Shown here in pieces: positions 38,568 to 50,387 of a stretch of 64,000 bases of DNA. The position numbers and the translations under genes are program-made. Positions within the stretch are counted from its first letter, which is position 1. Each line of letters begins with the position of its first letter. A model generated the notes under the pieces. The model worked only from the letters and a program-made list of their open reading frames with translations. It ran no database searches and had not been told where the DNA came from. Source of the stretch: an uncultured Clostridia bacterium (GTDB taxonomy: Bacteria; Bacillota; Clostridia; TANB77; CAG-508); NCBI GenBank assembly GCA_934120675.1, contig CAKOUU010000004.1, positions 9,918-73,917 on the forward strand, in the 5' to 3' direction.

Positions 38568-40076
38568 TTAGTTTAAAGGTTTCATTGTTGGGAATAGTAA
38601 TACATCTCTAATTGATGCAGCATCTGTTAATAACATTACTAATCTATCAACACCAATTCCTAAACCACCTGTTGGAGGCATACCATATTCAAGAGCTTGA
38701 ATAAAGTCTTCATCCATCATACCTGCTTCTTCGTCTCCGGCATTTCTAGCTTCAACTTGTTTTTTAAATCTTTCATATTGGTCAATTGGGTCATTTAATT
38801 CTGAGAATGCATTTCCATATTCTCTACCACCAATAAATATTTCAAATCTTTCTGTTAATCTTGGGTCTTTTGGACTTCTTTTTGCAAGTGGTGAAATTTC
38901 TACTGGATAATCATATATAAATGTTGGTTGTATTAATGTTTTTTCTACATACTCGTCAAAGAATAAGCTGATTACATCTCCTCTTGTTTCTTTTGTTGAG
39001 TCTGGAATTTCTAATCCTCTTTCTTTTGCTAATGCAACTGCTTCTTCGTCTGAATTGATTTCGTTGAAGTCAACTCCGCAAGCTTCTTTTATGCTATCTA
39101 TCATAGTAATTCTTTTCCATCCTGGTGTTAAGTCAATATCTTGTCCTTGATATGTTATTTTTGTTGTTCCCAAAACTTTCATAGCACATTTTGTGAATAT
39201 TTCTTCTGTTATATCCATCATATCATTGTAATCTTGGTATGCAGCATATAATTCTATTGATGTAAATTCTGGGTTATGTCTAATATCCATACCTTCATTT
39301 CTGAATATTCTACCCATTTCATATACTTTATCATATCCACCAACTATTAATCTTTTTAAGTTTAATTCTGTTGCAATTCTTAAATACATTGGTAAATCTA
39401 ATGCATTGTGATGTGTTATAAATGGTTTTGCTGTTGCTCCACCTGATATTGTGTTTAATATTGGTGTTTCAACTTCTAGGTAACCTTTTTCGTCTAATAT
39501 TCTTCTTATCTCTGTTATTATTTTGCTTCTTGCTTCAAATGTTTTCTTTACTTCTGGATTCATTATTAAATCAACATATCTTTGTCTATATCTCAAATCT
39601 GGATCTTTTAATCCATGGAATTTTTCTGGTAATGGTCTTAATGATTTTGAAAGTAATGTTACTTCTTTTGCATGTACAGAAATTTCTTCTGTTCTTGTTT
39701 TAAATACAAAACCTGTAATTCCAATGATATCACCAATATCATATGTTTTAAATGCTTTGTAGCTTTCTTCTCCTAAATCATTTATACTTACATAACTTTG
39801 GATTTTTTCATCACTGTCTTGTATTGTACAGAATGATGCTTTTCCCATTATTCTTTTTGCAATTATTCTACCAGCAACTGTTACATCTTTTTGTTCAAAT
39901 TGTTCGTAATTTGCTTTTATTTCTCCTGCTGAATTTGTTCTATTAAATTTTGTTATTTCAAATGGGTCTTTTCCTTCTTCTTGTAATTCCTTTAATTTGT
40001 CTCTTCTTATTTGCATTAGATGGTTTATATCTAATTCTTCTACTTCGTTATTATTGTTATTCTTATTTTCGCTCAT
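38568..40076 (-). CDS. lysS: lysine--tRNA ligase (class II)
   Basis: 502 aa with an OB-fold N-domain and class II motifs ([19 protein letters not shown]). Confidence 0.95.
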   Translation of the reverse strand: MSENKNNNNNEVEELDINHLMQIRRDKLKELQEEGKDPFEITKFNRTNSAGEIKANYEQFEQKDVTVAGRIIAKRIMGKASFCTIQDSDEKIQSYVSINDLGEESYKAFKTYDIGDIIGITGFVFKTRTEEISVHAKEVTLLSKSLRPLPEKFHGLKDPDLRYRQRYVDLIMNPEVKKTFEARSKIITEIRRILDEKGYLEVETPILNTISGGATAKPFITHHNALDLPMYLRIATELNLKRLIVGGYDKVYEMGRIFRNEGMDIRHNPEFTSIELYAAYQDYNDMMDITEEIFTKCAMKVLGTTKITYQGQDIDLTPGWKRITMIDSIKEACGVDFNEINSDEEAVALAKERGLEIPDSTKETRGDVISLFFDEYVEKTLIQPTFIYDYPVEISPLAKRSPKDPRLTERFEIFIGGREYGNAFSELNDPIDQYERFKKQVEARNAGDEEAGMMDEDFIQALEYGMPPTGGLGIGVDRLVMLLTDAASIRDVLLFPTMKPLN

Positions 40077-40137
40077 TTTACTTTCTCCTTTTTATTTATA
40101 TATTTTAATTTTAAAAATAATGCTTATATTGCTAGGC

Positions 40138-40199
40138 AAACTTTATAAAAAAGGCAAGGGCGCATACTTTTGTATGTAACCGCGTTTTTTATAAAGTTT
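40138..40199 (-). terminator. compound hairpin downstream of obg
   Basis: A 15-bp outer stem aaactttataaaaaa / ttttttataaagttt encloses a GC-containing inner hairpin (catac-aaaa-gtatg on the minus strand). Confidence 0.5.
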
Positions 40200-40230
40200 A
40201 ACGACGCAAGATGAGTATTATTTTTAAAAT

Positions 40231-41933
<1,703 letters not shown>

Positions 41934-41954
41934 ATGTTTATTTCCCCTTTAATT

Positions 41955-42974
41955 TTAGTAATCTAGCATCATTGCTTTTTTTACTTTTTTCATTGTTTCT
42001 TTTGCTACAGCTCTTGCTTTTTCTGTACCCTCCATTAGAATTTTATCAACTTCTTCTGGATGTGCTTCATAATATGCTCTTTTTTCTCTAATTGGTCTTA
42101 ACTCTTCAATTATATTTTTAGCTAGTTGTTTTTTACAAGCAACACAACCACGTTTTCCGGCTTTGCATTCTTCACATACTGTTTTTACATCTTCTTTTGG
42201 TGTAAATAAATTGTGATAATATGCAACCATACATATATCAGGATTTCCTGGATCATCTTTTTTTATTCTTGCTGGGTCTGTTACTGCACTCATAACTTTT
42301 TTAGTTATTTCTTCTTCACTATCTGATAAGTAAATTGCATTTCCTAATGATTTACCCATTTTTTCATTACCATCTAGTCCTTTTATTCTTTTTGAGTTTG
42401 ATAGTACTGCTTTTGGTTCTTTTAAAACTCCTTCGCCATAGATACTGTTGAATTTTCTAACTATTTCTCTACATTGTTCTATTAGTGGTAATTGGTCTTC
42501 TCCAACTGGTACTAGTTCACCTTCAAATGTTGTTATATCTGCTGCCTGGCTTACTGGATATCCTAAAAATCCATATGTTACACTTTCCCCAAAGATGTCT
42601 CTTTTTTGTGCTATTTCTGTTTTTACTGTTGGATTTCTTTCTAGTCTAGCAATTGTAACCAAATTTGAGTAAAACACCGTTAATTCAGCTGTTTCTGGTA
42701 TCATTGACTGTATATAAATTGTTGTTTTTTTAGGATCTATTCCTACTGATAAGTAATCCATTGCAACTTCTCTTACATTTTTTCTAACTTTTTCTGGATT
42801 ATTAAAATTATCTGTAAGTGCTTGTACATCTGCTATTAATATAAATGGATCATATTCTGGATTATCTTGCATTTCTACTCTTGTTTTTAGTGATCCAAAA
42901 TAGTGCCCTATGTGTAATTTCCCTGTTGGTCTGTCTCCTGTTAATACTCTCTTTTTTTCCATCTTTATTTTCAT
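41955..42974 (-). CDS. trpS: tryptophan--tRNA ligase
   Basis: HIGH motif (TGKLHIGHY) and KMSKS variant (KMGKS). 339 aa. The start may instead be the second ATG at 42962. Confidence 0.9.
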   Translation of the reverse strand: MKIKMEKKRVLTGDRPTGKLHIGHYFGSLKTRVEMQDNPEYDPFILIADVQALTDNFNNPEKVRKNVREVAMDYLSVGIDPKKTTIYIQSMIPETAELTVFYSNLVTIARLERNPTVKTEIAQKRDIFGESVTYGFLGYPVSQAADITTFEGELVPVGEDQLPLIEQCREIVRKFNSIYGEGVLKEPKAVLSNSKRIKGLDGNEKMGKSLGNAIYLSDSEEEITKKVMSAVTDPARIKKDDPGNPDICMVAYYHNLFTPKEDVKTVCEECKAGKRGCVACKKQLAKNIIEELRPIREKRAYYEAHPEEVDKILMEGTEKARAVAKETMKKVKKAMMLDY

Positions 42975-43091
42975 CCCTTCATTCGTTCATCATCATTCAA
43001 ATTTTCTGTCTGCCAAATCTAGGCATTTATGTAGAAATTATACCATATTGGGGTTAAAAATTCAATTAAAATCTCATGTTTCTGTAAATTT

Positions 43092-43838
43092 TTATACAAT
43101 TTCTAAAATATCTCTTGAAATTGTTGCTATAAGTTCACTTGCGTTTGATATTTCCTTTGTAAAAATGCCTATTAAATATGTGTTTTTTCCATATACTATT
43201 CCATAATCGTGAACATACCCATTGTAACTTCCATATTTGTGTGCAATATCAATGTCTGTAACATATTTTTTTAAATACATATACTCTGAAGATTTTTTCA
43301 TATCTTCTATCAATTCTTGATATTTTCCCAAGTTATTAAATAAATATTTTAAAACATCTAATCCATATTCCGCTGAAATAATATTTTCTTTATAAAATTT
43401 TTCTGGTAATTCTACACTTGTATATTTAGCAAATTCTTTTCTATATATTTTTTTACCACCTAATCCATCTGCTAAAATATTTGTTGCGGTATTGTCACTA
43501 TTTATTATCATTTCCTTTAATAAAGTTTTAATTGCTATACTATCTCCAACTTTACAATTATTAGTTATAAGCCCGTTTCCTGCTTCGAAATCTTCAGCTT
43601 TATATACAAATCCCATGTTTGGATTTATTTCTTTATTATTTATTTTTTCATAATATAACATCGCAATTTGCACTTTAGTAGTGCTTGCTGCAACAAACCA
43701 TTTTTCTTTATTATAAAAGTAATATTTATTTGTGTTCAAATTATAATAAAAAAATGCAAAATTGTCTCTATTTAATTCGTTTTCATTGATTTTTTTATTT
43801 ATTAGTTTTTTTACATTTTTGTCCTCTAATTTTTCCAT
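43092..43838 (-). CDS. class A beta-lactamase-related serine hydrolase
   Basis: ASTTK (SxxK), SDN and HKYGS (KTG-like) motifs at the expected spacing. ATG 43838 is preferred after GGAGG. No obvious signal peptide. Confidence 0.6.
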   Translation of the reverse strand: MEKLEDKNVKKLINKKINENELNRDNFAFFYYNLNTNKYYFYNKEKWFVAASTTKVQIAMLYYEKINNKEINPNMGFVYKAEDFEAGNGLITNNCKVGDSIAIKTLLKEMIINSDNTATNILADGLGGKKIYRKEFAKYTSVELPEKFYKENIISAEYGLDVLKYLFNNLGKYQELIEDMKKSSEYMYLKKYVTDIDIAHKYGSYNGYVHDYGIVYGKNTYLIGIFTKEISNASELIATISRDILEIV

Positions 43839-43968
43839 ATATGCCTCCAACTTATAAACAGTAATTTTTTTGTTTTTACGAAATATATTATATCATACTT
43901 TATTTTTTGTAGCATATTAAATGTTGCATAAAATATAATTTTTGTAAAAATGAAAGGAAAATGATTTT

Positions 43969-44812
43969 ATGAAAAAAATTTTGTTTAAAGGTGCAGGTTC
44001 TGCTGTACCAACACCATTTAATGAAAATGGTATAAACTTAAAAGAATTTGAAAAATTTTTACAATTTCAAATTGATAATGATATTGATGCTTTAATTGTT
44101 TGTGGTACAACAGGTGAAAGTGCAACAATGACAAAAGAAGAAAAAATTGATATTATAAAATGTGCTGTTGAAGTTGCACATAAAAATGAAACTTCTACAC
44201 GAAAAATACCTATAATTGCTGGAACTGGTTCAAATAACACCAAAGAAGCAATTGAGATGTCAAAAATTGCTGAATCTTTAGGTGTTGACGGTGTTTTAGT
44301 TGTTACTCCATATTACAACAAAACAACTCAAAAAGGGTTAATTGCACACTATAAAACCATTGCTGAAAATATTAATACTCCTATTGTTTTATATAATGTT
44401 CCTAGTAGAACTGGAATGAATATTGAGCCAGAAACCTGTTTAGAACTTTCAAAAATTGATAATATTGTTGCTATAAAAGAAGCAAGCCGGAAATATTTCA
44501 CAAGTTGCAGAAATTGCTCATTTGTGCGGGGATAATTTACATATTTACTCTGGCAATGATGACCAAGCAATTCCTATTTGTTCTTTGGGTGGTTTGGGTG
44601 TTATTTCTGTTTTATCAAATATTAAACCAAAGTTCACACATGATATGGTTTGGAATTTTTTAAATGGTGATGTTGAAACGGCTAAAAATATGCAATTAGA
44701 AAGTATTCCTTTGATAAATGATTTGTTTGCTAAAGTTAATCCTATTCCTGTTAAAGCTGCTTTGAATAAAATGGGCTTTGAGTTTGGCAGTACTAGACTG
44801 CCTTTGAAATAA
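43969..44812 (+). pseudogene. dapA: 4-hydroxy-tetrahydrodipicolinate synthase interrupted by a +1 frameshift
   Basis: ORFs 43969-44535 and 44522-44812 are in different frames. Skipping c44488 of AGC-CGG restores the conserved [31 protein letters not shown]. Confidence 0.85.
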
Positions 44813-44815
44813 AAA

Positions 44816-44846
44816 TAGGGATTGGAGACCCGTCCCCCAATCCCTA
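44816..44846. terminator. bidirectional terminator of the GGGATT...AATCCC family
   Basis: tagggattgg / ccaatcccta stem with loop agacccgtccc, flanked by A5 and T5, between the convergent dapA and mutS. Confidence 0.7.
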
Positions 44847-44849
44847 TTT

Positions 44850-47456
44850 TTATTTCATTTTTTCTTTTATTCTAACCAAAGTATTCAAAGCATCAATTGG
44901 TGTCAACTCATTCAAATTAACCTTATCTATCTCGTGAGCAATTTCTGCCAACTTATAATTAAACATATCAAATTGTCCCTCGACAGCCTTCTTACTTTCC
45001 TGTTTTTTACCAGTTAAGATATTCTTTTTTTCTAAACCTCTTAAAATTTCATCAGCCTTTTGTGTTACAGCCTTTGGCACACCTGCTAAACGCGCAACAT
45101 GGATTCCATAACTTTCGTCTGTTCCACCTGGTATAATTTTTCTTAAAAAGATAATATCTTCTCCTTTTTCTTTAACTGCAATGTTGTAATTTTTTACACC
45201 TTCTAGTTTTTCTTCTAGTTCTGTTAATTCGTGATAATGTGTCGCAAATAATGTTTTTGCTCCACATTTTTCTTTATCTGCAATGTATTCTGCAACAGCC
45301 CAAGCAATTGAAAGTCCGTCATATGTTGATGTTCCTCTTCCTATTTCGTCTAATATTACTAAACTATTTGATGTTGCTTCTTTAAGAATTGTTGCAACTT
45401 CCATCATTTCTACCATAAATGTACTTTGTCCCATACTTAAGTCGTCTGATGCTCCAACCCTTGTAAAGATTTTGTCTACAACACCTATATGTGCTTCTGA
45501 TGCTGGTACAAATGAGCCTACTTGTGCCATTAATGTAATTAATGCAACCTGTCTCATATATGTTGATTTACCAGCCATGTTAGGTCCTGTTATAATTGAT
45601 AATCTATTTTCTTTTTTATCAAGATATGTATCATTTTCAACAAATACACCTGTTCCAAGCATTTTATCTATTACAGGATGTCTTCCTCCTTTAATATCTA
45701 AAATTCCTGAATCATCTACTTCTGGCATACAATAATTCAAATCTTCTGCAACTGTTGCAAATGATGTAAGTACATCTAATATTGATACAATATTTGCTGA
45801 TTTTTGTAGTCTTTTTACATTTTTAGCAATTTCGTCTCTTATTTGTACAAAAGCATTATATTCTAAGTTTACCACTTTTTCTTCTGCTCCAAGTATTTGA
45901 TTTTCTAGTTTTTTCAAATCTTCTGTTATAAATCTTTCTGCATTTGTTAATGTTTGTTTTCTAACAAATCTTTCAGGCACTTGATCTAAATATGATTTTG
46001 TAACTTCTATAAAATATCCAAATACTTTATTAAATCCAACTTTTAAATTTTTAATTCCCGTTTTTTCTCTTTCTTCTGCCTCTAATTGAATTATCCAATT
46101 TTTGCCCTCTGTTGTAGCAGTCTTTAACTTGTCTATTTCTTCATCATATCCAAGTTTGATAATTCCACCGTCTTTTACTGTCATTGGTGGGTCTTCTACT
46201 ATTGATTTATCAACAAGTTCATAGATGTCTTGTAATTCATCTAAGTTTTCATATAAATCTTTAAGCATAGGAGAATTTACATTTGATAACACTTTTTTCA
46301 AATCCGGCAATTTTGATAATGAATTTTTCAATGTTATCATATCTCTTGCATTTGCATTACCATAAGCCATTTTACCTGCAAGACGTTCAATGTCATATAC
46401 TTTTTTAAGATTTTCTACAACATCTCCTCTTAAAATAACATCATCTTTTAATTCTTTTACAGACTCAAGTCTTCTATTAATTTCTGTTGTATCTATAAGC
46501 GGGTCATTAAGCCATCTCCTTAAAGCTCTTCCACCCATTGAAGTTGACGTTTTATCAAGCACCCATAAAAGTGTTCCCTTTTTAGATTTATCTCTCATTT
46601 TTTCAGTTATTTCAAGGTTTCTTCTTGCATTGATATCAAGTGACATATATTTTGAAATATTATAAACTGTTATCTTGTTGATGTGGTCAAGTGTAGTCAT
46701 TTGAGTTTGTTCAATATATTCAATTAACGCATTTATTGAACAAACTGCCAATGTTTTATCTGCAATGTTTTCTATTTCTTTTTGATTACTATCAACAAAA
46801 TTAAATCTATATCTTATTTTTTCCACATCATCTGTAAAAAATTTATCATTAAATCTTGTAATATATGAGTCAAATCTTTCTTTTATCTTGTCCATTTCTT
46901 CTTGGCAATTTGACATCATACTATTTATTACAAGTTCTGATGGCATATATCTTGCAATTTCGTCTAGAACTAATGGGAAGTTTTGGTTGTCCTTTATTTC
47001 TGCAGAATAAAATTCACCTGTTGAAATGTCACATACACTAATTCCAAAATAAATTCCAGATTTAAAAATTGACATTATAAAATTATTTTTTCTTTCTTCT
47101 AGCATATTACTATCAACTACAGTTCCGGGTGTTACAACTCTTATAACACCTCTTTTTACTATTCCTTTTGCAGTTTTTGGGTCTTCTAATTGTTCGCATA
47201 TTGCAACTTTGTAGCCTTTTGCAATTAATCTTGATATGTATATTTCTGCTGCATGATGTGGAATACCACACATTGGTGCTCTTTCTTCTTGTCCACAGTC
47301 TTTTCCTGTTAATGTTAATTCTAATTCTCTTGATGCTGTTACTGCATCGTCAAAGAACATTTCATAAAAGTCTCCTAGTCTATAAAATAGGATGCAGTCT
47401 TTGTATTGTTCTTTTGTTTCAAGATATCTTTGCATCATTGGTGAAAATTCTGCCAT
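44850..47456 (-). CDS. mutS: DNA mismatch repair protein MutS
   Basis: ~868 aa from ATG 47456 (RBS AGGGAG). TPMMQQY-like FSPMMQRYL, Walker A GPNMAGKST and DEIGRGTSTYDG. Confidence 0.95.
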   Translation of the reverse strand: MAEFSPMMQRYLETKEQYKDCILFYRLGDFYEMFFDDAVTASRELELTLTGKDCGQEERAPMCGIPHHAAEIYISRLIAKGYKVAICEQLEDPKTAKGIVKRGVIRVVTPGTVVDSNMLEERKNNFIMSIFKSGIYFGISVCDISTGEFYSAEIKDNQNFPLVLDEIARYMPSELVINSMMSNCQEEMDKIKERFDSYITRFNDKFFTDDVEKIRYRFNFVDSNQKEIENIADKTLAVCSINALIEYIEQTQMTTLDHINKITVYNISKYMSLDINARRNLEITEKMRDKSKKGTLLWVLDKTSTSMGGRALRRWLNDPLIDTTEINRRLESVKELKDDVILRGDVVENLKKVYDIERLAGKMAYGNANARDMITLKNSLSKLPDLKKVLSNVNSPMLKDLYENLDELQDIYELVDKSIVEDPPMTVKDGGIIKLGYDEEIDKLKTATTEGKNWIIQLEAEEREKTGIKNLKVGFNKVFGYFIEVTKSYLDQVPERFVRKQTLTNAERFITEDLKKLENQILGAEEKVVNLEYNAFVQIRDEIAKNVKRLQKSANIVSILDVLTSFATVAEDLNYCMPEVDDSGILDIKGGRHPVIDKMLGTGVFVENDTYLDKKENRLSIITGPNMAGKSTYMRQVALITLMAQVGSFVPASEAHIGVVDKIFTRVGASDDLSMGQSTFMVEMMEVATILKEATSNSLVILDEIGRGTSTYDGLSIAWAVAEYIADKEKCGAKTLFATHYHELTELEEKLEGVKNYNIAVKEKGEDIIFLRKIIPGGTDESYGIHVARLAGVPKAVTQKADEILRGLEKKNILTGKKQESKKAVEGQFDMFNYKLAEIAHEIDKVNLNELTPIDALNTLVRIKEKMK

Positions 47457-47511
47457 ATTTATTACTCCCTTTCTTATTTTTTCTGTCAAAAAGGGCATCC
47501 CCTTTTTGACA

Positions 47512-48297
47512 TTATCTTTCTTTATTTAATTCCTTATAATTTTCTATTTGTCTCATTTTTCCTTCTTTTAATTCTTGTATTTCTTTTTTTGATATTTCAT
47601 CATCTTCAAATAGTGCCTTACTTTTAAGTTCTCTTATTAACTCCTTTTGAAATGTTACATATACTTTATCTGTTAAATGTGGAAAATTATAAATTCTTCC
47701 TAAATCCTCTATATATTCTAAGTCAGAAATACGTTCAATTTCTTTAAATTTTGTCAATTCCATATATTGTTCTTTTGGCATTATTATATTTTTGGTATAA
47801 TCTATTATATAAAGCTTATTTTTAACTTTATACTCTAATATAGAATGTAAAGCTTTTATATCCGCTATCACTTCATATCCTGTAACTATATTCGATTCTG
47901 GTACTCCAAAAGATAATTCAAGAGTTCTTGTGTGACATTTGTGGTGCCTTTTATCTGTTTTAAGTTCTTTTTTAAATTTTTCAATATCAGTAATATCAGA
48001 TAATTCATTGAATGTATATATTTTTCCTTTTATTTCATATTCATATTGTTTTGTTTCTTTGTTATATTTAATATTTGAATAATTTATGCCATATTGTTCA
48101 TCAAATGTCTTTTTTACTAAATCTATAAATAATTCCTTTTGCTCTGTTAATGTATATACATCAATTAGTTCTATTATCAAACTTGTTTTCTCGTCTGCTA
48201 TCTTTTCTTTTTTTATATTATAAAAATCTGGAAATAACATATCATATGTATTTTTATTTATTCCATTTTTATAATATTTAGAATTTTTATTAACCAT
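47512..48297 (-). CDS. hypothetical protein
   Basis: 261 aa, overlaps the miaB stop by 8 nt (translational coupling). No recognised motif. Confidence 0.55.
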   Translation of the reverse strand: MVNKNSKYYKNGINKNTYDMLFPDFYNIKKEKIADEKTSLIIELIDVYTLTEQKELFIDLVKKTFDEQYGINYSNIKYNKETKQYEYEIKGKIYTFNELSDITDIEKFKKELKTDKRHHKCHTRTLELSFGVPESNIVTGYEVIADIKALHSILEYKVKNKLYIIDYTKNIIMPKEQYMELTKFKEIERISDLEYIEDLGRIYNFPHLTDKVYVTFQKELIRELKSKALFEDDEISKKEIQELKEGKMRQIENYKELNKER

Positions 48298-49708
48298 TTA
48301 TCTCACCTTTCAAATACCACATATGTTCAGAAACTATTTTAAGTTCAACCATATTTCCAATCAAGTTTTTATCACCTTCAAAAATAACAACTTTGTTGCT
48401 ATCAGTTCTACCAGTAAGCATATCAGCATTATTTTTACTAGTACCTTCAACTAAAACTTTTTGTGTAGTTCCAACATATTTTTGATTATTTTCTGCAATT
48501 TGGCTTTCAACTAAGGCTTTTAATTTATTAAATCTTATATGTTTTTGTTCTTCTGGAACTTGATTTTCCATTCTATTACCAGGTGTTCCAACTCTTCTTG
48601 AATAAATAAACATATACACTTGCTCGAATTTTACTTTTTCTACCACATCTAGTGTGTCTTCAAACTCTTCATCTGTTTCACCTGGAAAACCTACAATTAT
48701 ATCTGTTGATAATGTTAAGTTTGGAATTCCTGCTTTCATTTTTTCTACCAAGTTTAAATATTGTTCCTTAGTATATTTTCTGTTCATTTCTTTTAATACT
48801 TTTGTATTTCCAGACTGTAGTGGCAAGTGTACTAATTTGCATACTTTATCACATTCTGCAATTGCTTTTATAACATCATCTGTAAAATCCTTTGGATGTG
48901 GTGATACAAATCTGATTCTTTCTATTCCTTCTATTTTGTTTACTGCTCTTAGTAATGTTGCAAATGAATTTACTCCTTCATATTCTTCAAATTCTATGCC
49001 TTTTTCTCTTTCTACTCTTAAATATGAATTTACATTTTGACCTAAAAGTGTAATTTCTTTATATCCTTGTTTTGCAAGTTCCCTTACTTCTTCAATTATT
49101 GCTCTGGGTTCTCTACTTCTTTCTCTTCCACGAACATATGGAACTATACAATAACTACAAAAGTTATTACATCCATTCATTATTGTTACAGAGGCTTTTA
49201 TTCTACTATCTCTTTTTATTGGTAATCCTTCATATACTTTTCCATCTATGTCTAGTATATCTTCTAGTTTGGTTTTATTTTCTATGACTTCATATAAATC
49301 TTGTGGAAATTTATGTAGCGTGTGTGTTCCAAATATTATGTCAGTATATGGATAGCTTTCTTTTATTTTGTCTGTAATGTGTTTTTCTTGCATCATGCAT
49401 CCACCAATTGCTATAATTGTTCCACGTTCTTCTTTTATTTTTTTAAGTTCTCCTAATTTTCCAAATAATTTATCTTCTGCATTTTCTCTTACACAACATG
49501 TGTTAAACAATGCTAGGTCTGCTTCTTTTTGATTTTCTGTTTTTGTATAACCCATTTCTTCTAACATTCCACATAATTTTTCTGAGTCATTTTCATTTAA
49601 TTGACATCCCATTGTTAGTATACTATATTTTAGGTTTTTATTTTCATTTATTTTCTTTACTTTTTCTATATATTCTTTTTGTAAATTTATTTCGTTTTCT
49701 GTTTTCAT
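48290..49708 (-). CDS. miaB: tRNA (N6-isopentenyl adenosine(37)-C2)-methylthiotransferase MiaB
   Basis: 472 aa with a UPF0004 N-domain (TMGCQLNENDSE), radical SAM CNNFCSYC and a TRAM C-terminus. Confidence 0.9.
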   Translation of the reverse strand: MKTENEINLQKEYIEKVKKINENKNLKYSILTMGCQLNENDSEKLCGMLEEMGYTKTENQKEADLALFNTCCVRENAEDKLFGKLGELKKIKEERGTIIAIGGCMMQEKHITDKIKESYPYTDIIFGTHTLHKFPQDLYEVIENKTKLEDILDIDGKVYEGLPIKRDSRIKASVTIMNGCNNFCSYCIVPYVRGRERSREPRAIIEEVRELAKQGYKEITLLGQNVNSYLRVEREKGIEFEEYEGVNSFATLLRAVNKIEGIERIRFVSPHPKDFTDDVIKAIAECDKVCKLVHLPLQSGNTKVLKEMNRKYTKEQYLNLVEKMKAGIPNLTLSTDIIVGFPGETDEEFEDTLDVVEKVKFEQVYMFIYSRRVGTPGNRMENQVPEEQKHIRFNKLKALVESQIAENNQKYVGTTQKVLVEGTSKNNADMLTGRTDSNKVVIFEGDKNLIGNMVELKIVSEHMWYLKGEING

Positions 49709-49775
49709 TTTTTATCATTTTCCTTCCTTAAGTTATATTTTTAATTCTATTTCATTATTTTATTAACTTGCTATA

Positions 49776-49804
49776 TTTTATTATATTTTGTCGCTTTTTG
49801 CAAG
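49776..49804 (-). promoter_or_regulatory. candidate miaB promoter (TTGCAA-N17-TAAAAT)
   Basis: On the minus strand, -35 is at 49804-49799 and -10 at 49781-49776, about 70 nt upstream of ATG 49708. Confidence 0.4.
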
Positions 49805-49843
49805 GTTTTTAGAAATGTTTATGTAACGTTTCTCTTCTATTAT

Positions 49844-50316
49844 TACAATTCACAACTCCAAAAAATTTTGTATGCAAGTTGTCCCCCTTAAGGGTTATAT
49901 ATATTTTATATTGTATTCGTTTGATTGAAGTGAAAAATAGAAAATCTTAAATAAAAAACTGAGGAATGCTCACGACAAAAATGTATATATGTATATGATT
50001 TGAAACATTTTCTCGGTTCAATACGCAACATAAGAATTTCTAAAATAAATTGATGGATAATTCCACTTAGTCCTCGCTTCGCTCGACGTGAACGCTTTCC
50101 ATAAATTTATTTAAGAAATTCTAATATTGCTCTAATCACATTCGAAAAGTTTAAAATCATATACATATATACATTTTTGACCTGAGTGAGAGAGGCTCAG
50201 TTTGATATTTTAGATTTTCTTTTTAAACGTAATGAACAGGATACAATATCAAATATATATAACCCTTAAGGGGGGCAACTTGCACACAAAAATTTTCTTA
50301 GACTGTGAATTGTAAC
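49844..50316. repeat. long imperfect inverted repeat (~215-bp arms, ~40-bp GC-richer centre)
   Basis: Termini ttacaattcaca / tgtgaattgtaa. The arms align at roughly 70-75% by eye, with three near-identical blocks. There is no ORF and no similarity elsewhere in the window. Confidence 0.85.
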
Positions 50317-50345
50317 CTTGTATTTTGTTAAAGTTCAATAAGAAA

Positions 50346-50377
50346 AAGAGAATCTTCATTTTTGAAAATTCTCTTTC
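50346..50377 (-). terminator. intrinsic terminator
   Basis: aaagagaat / attctcttt stem followed by a T run on the minus strand, after the stop at 50388. Confidence 0.65.
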
Positions 50378-50387
50378 TAATTTTAAA

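Noticed and set aside
40077-40230. T-box or riboswitch leaders upstream of lysS, trpS (42975-43091) and dapA (43851-43968).
   Set aside because: The intergenic spaces (about 115-155 nt) are too short and lack the conserved T-box sequence or lysine-riboswitch helices. The lysS-upstream structure is better explained as the obg terminator.
45283-45735. Long antisense ORFs inside well-supported genes. Examples are 45283-45735(+) in mutS, 25852-26256(+), 27033-27464(+), 55223-55630(+), 58389-58832(+) and 63477-63965(+), plus the many 60-130-aa plus-strand ORFs in the track.
   Set aside because: They lie opposite genes with clear family motifs. They have low-complexity Leu/Phe/Ser/Ile-rich translations typical of shadow ORFs in AT-rich DNA, and they lack RBSs.
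50059-50099. The centre of the long inverted repeat (…cgacgtgaacg…) as a parS or dif site.
   Set aside because: There is only a 7-nt partial match to one half of the Firmicute parS consensus, it is not palindromic, and there is no resemblance to the dif core. It is judged coincidental.
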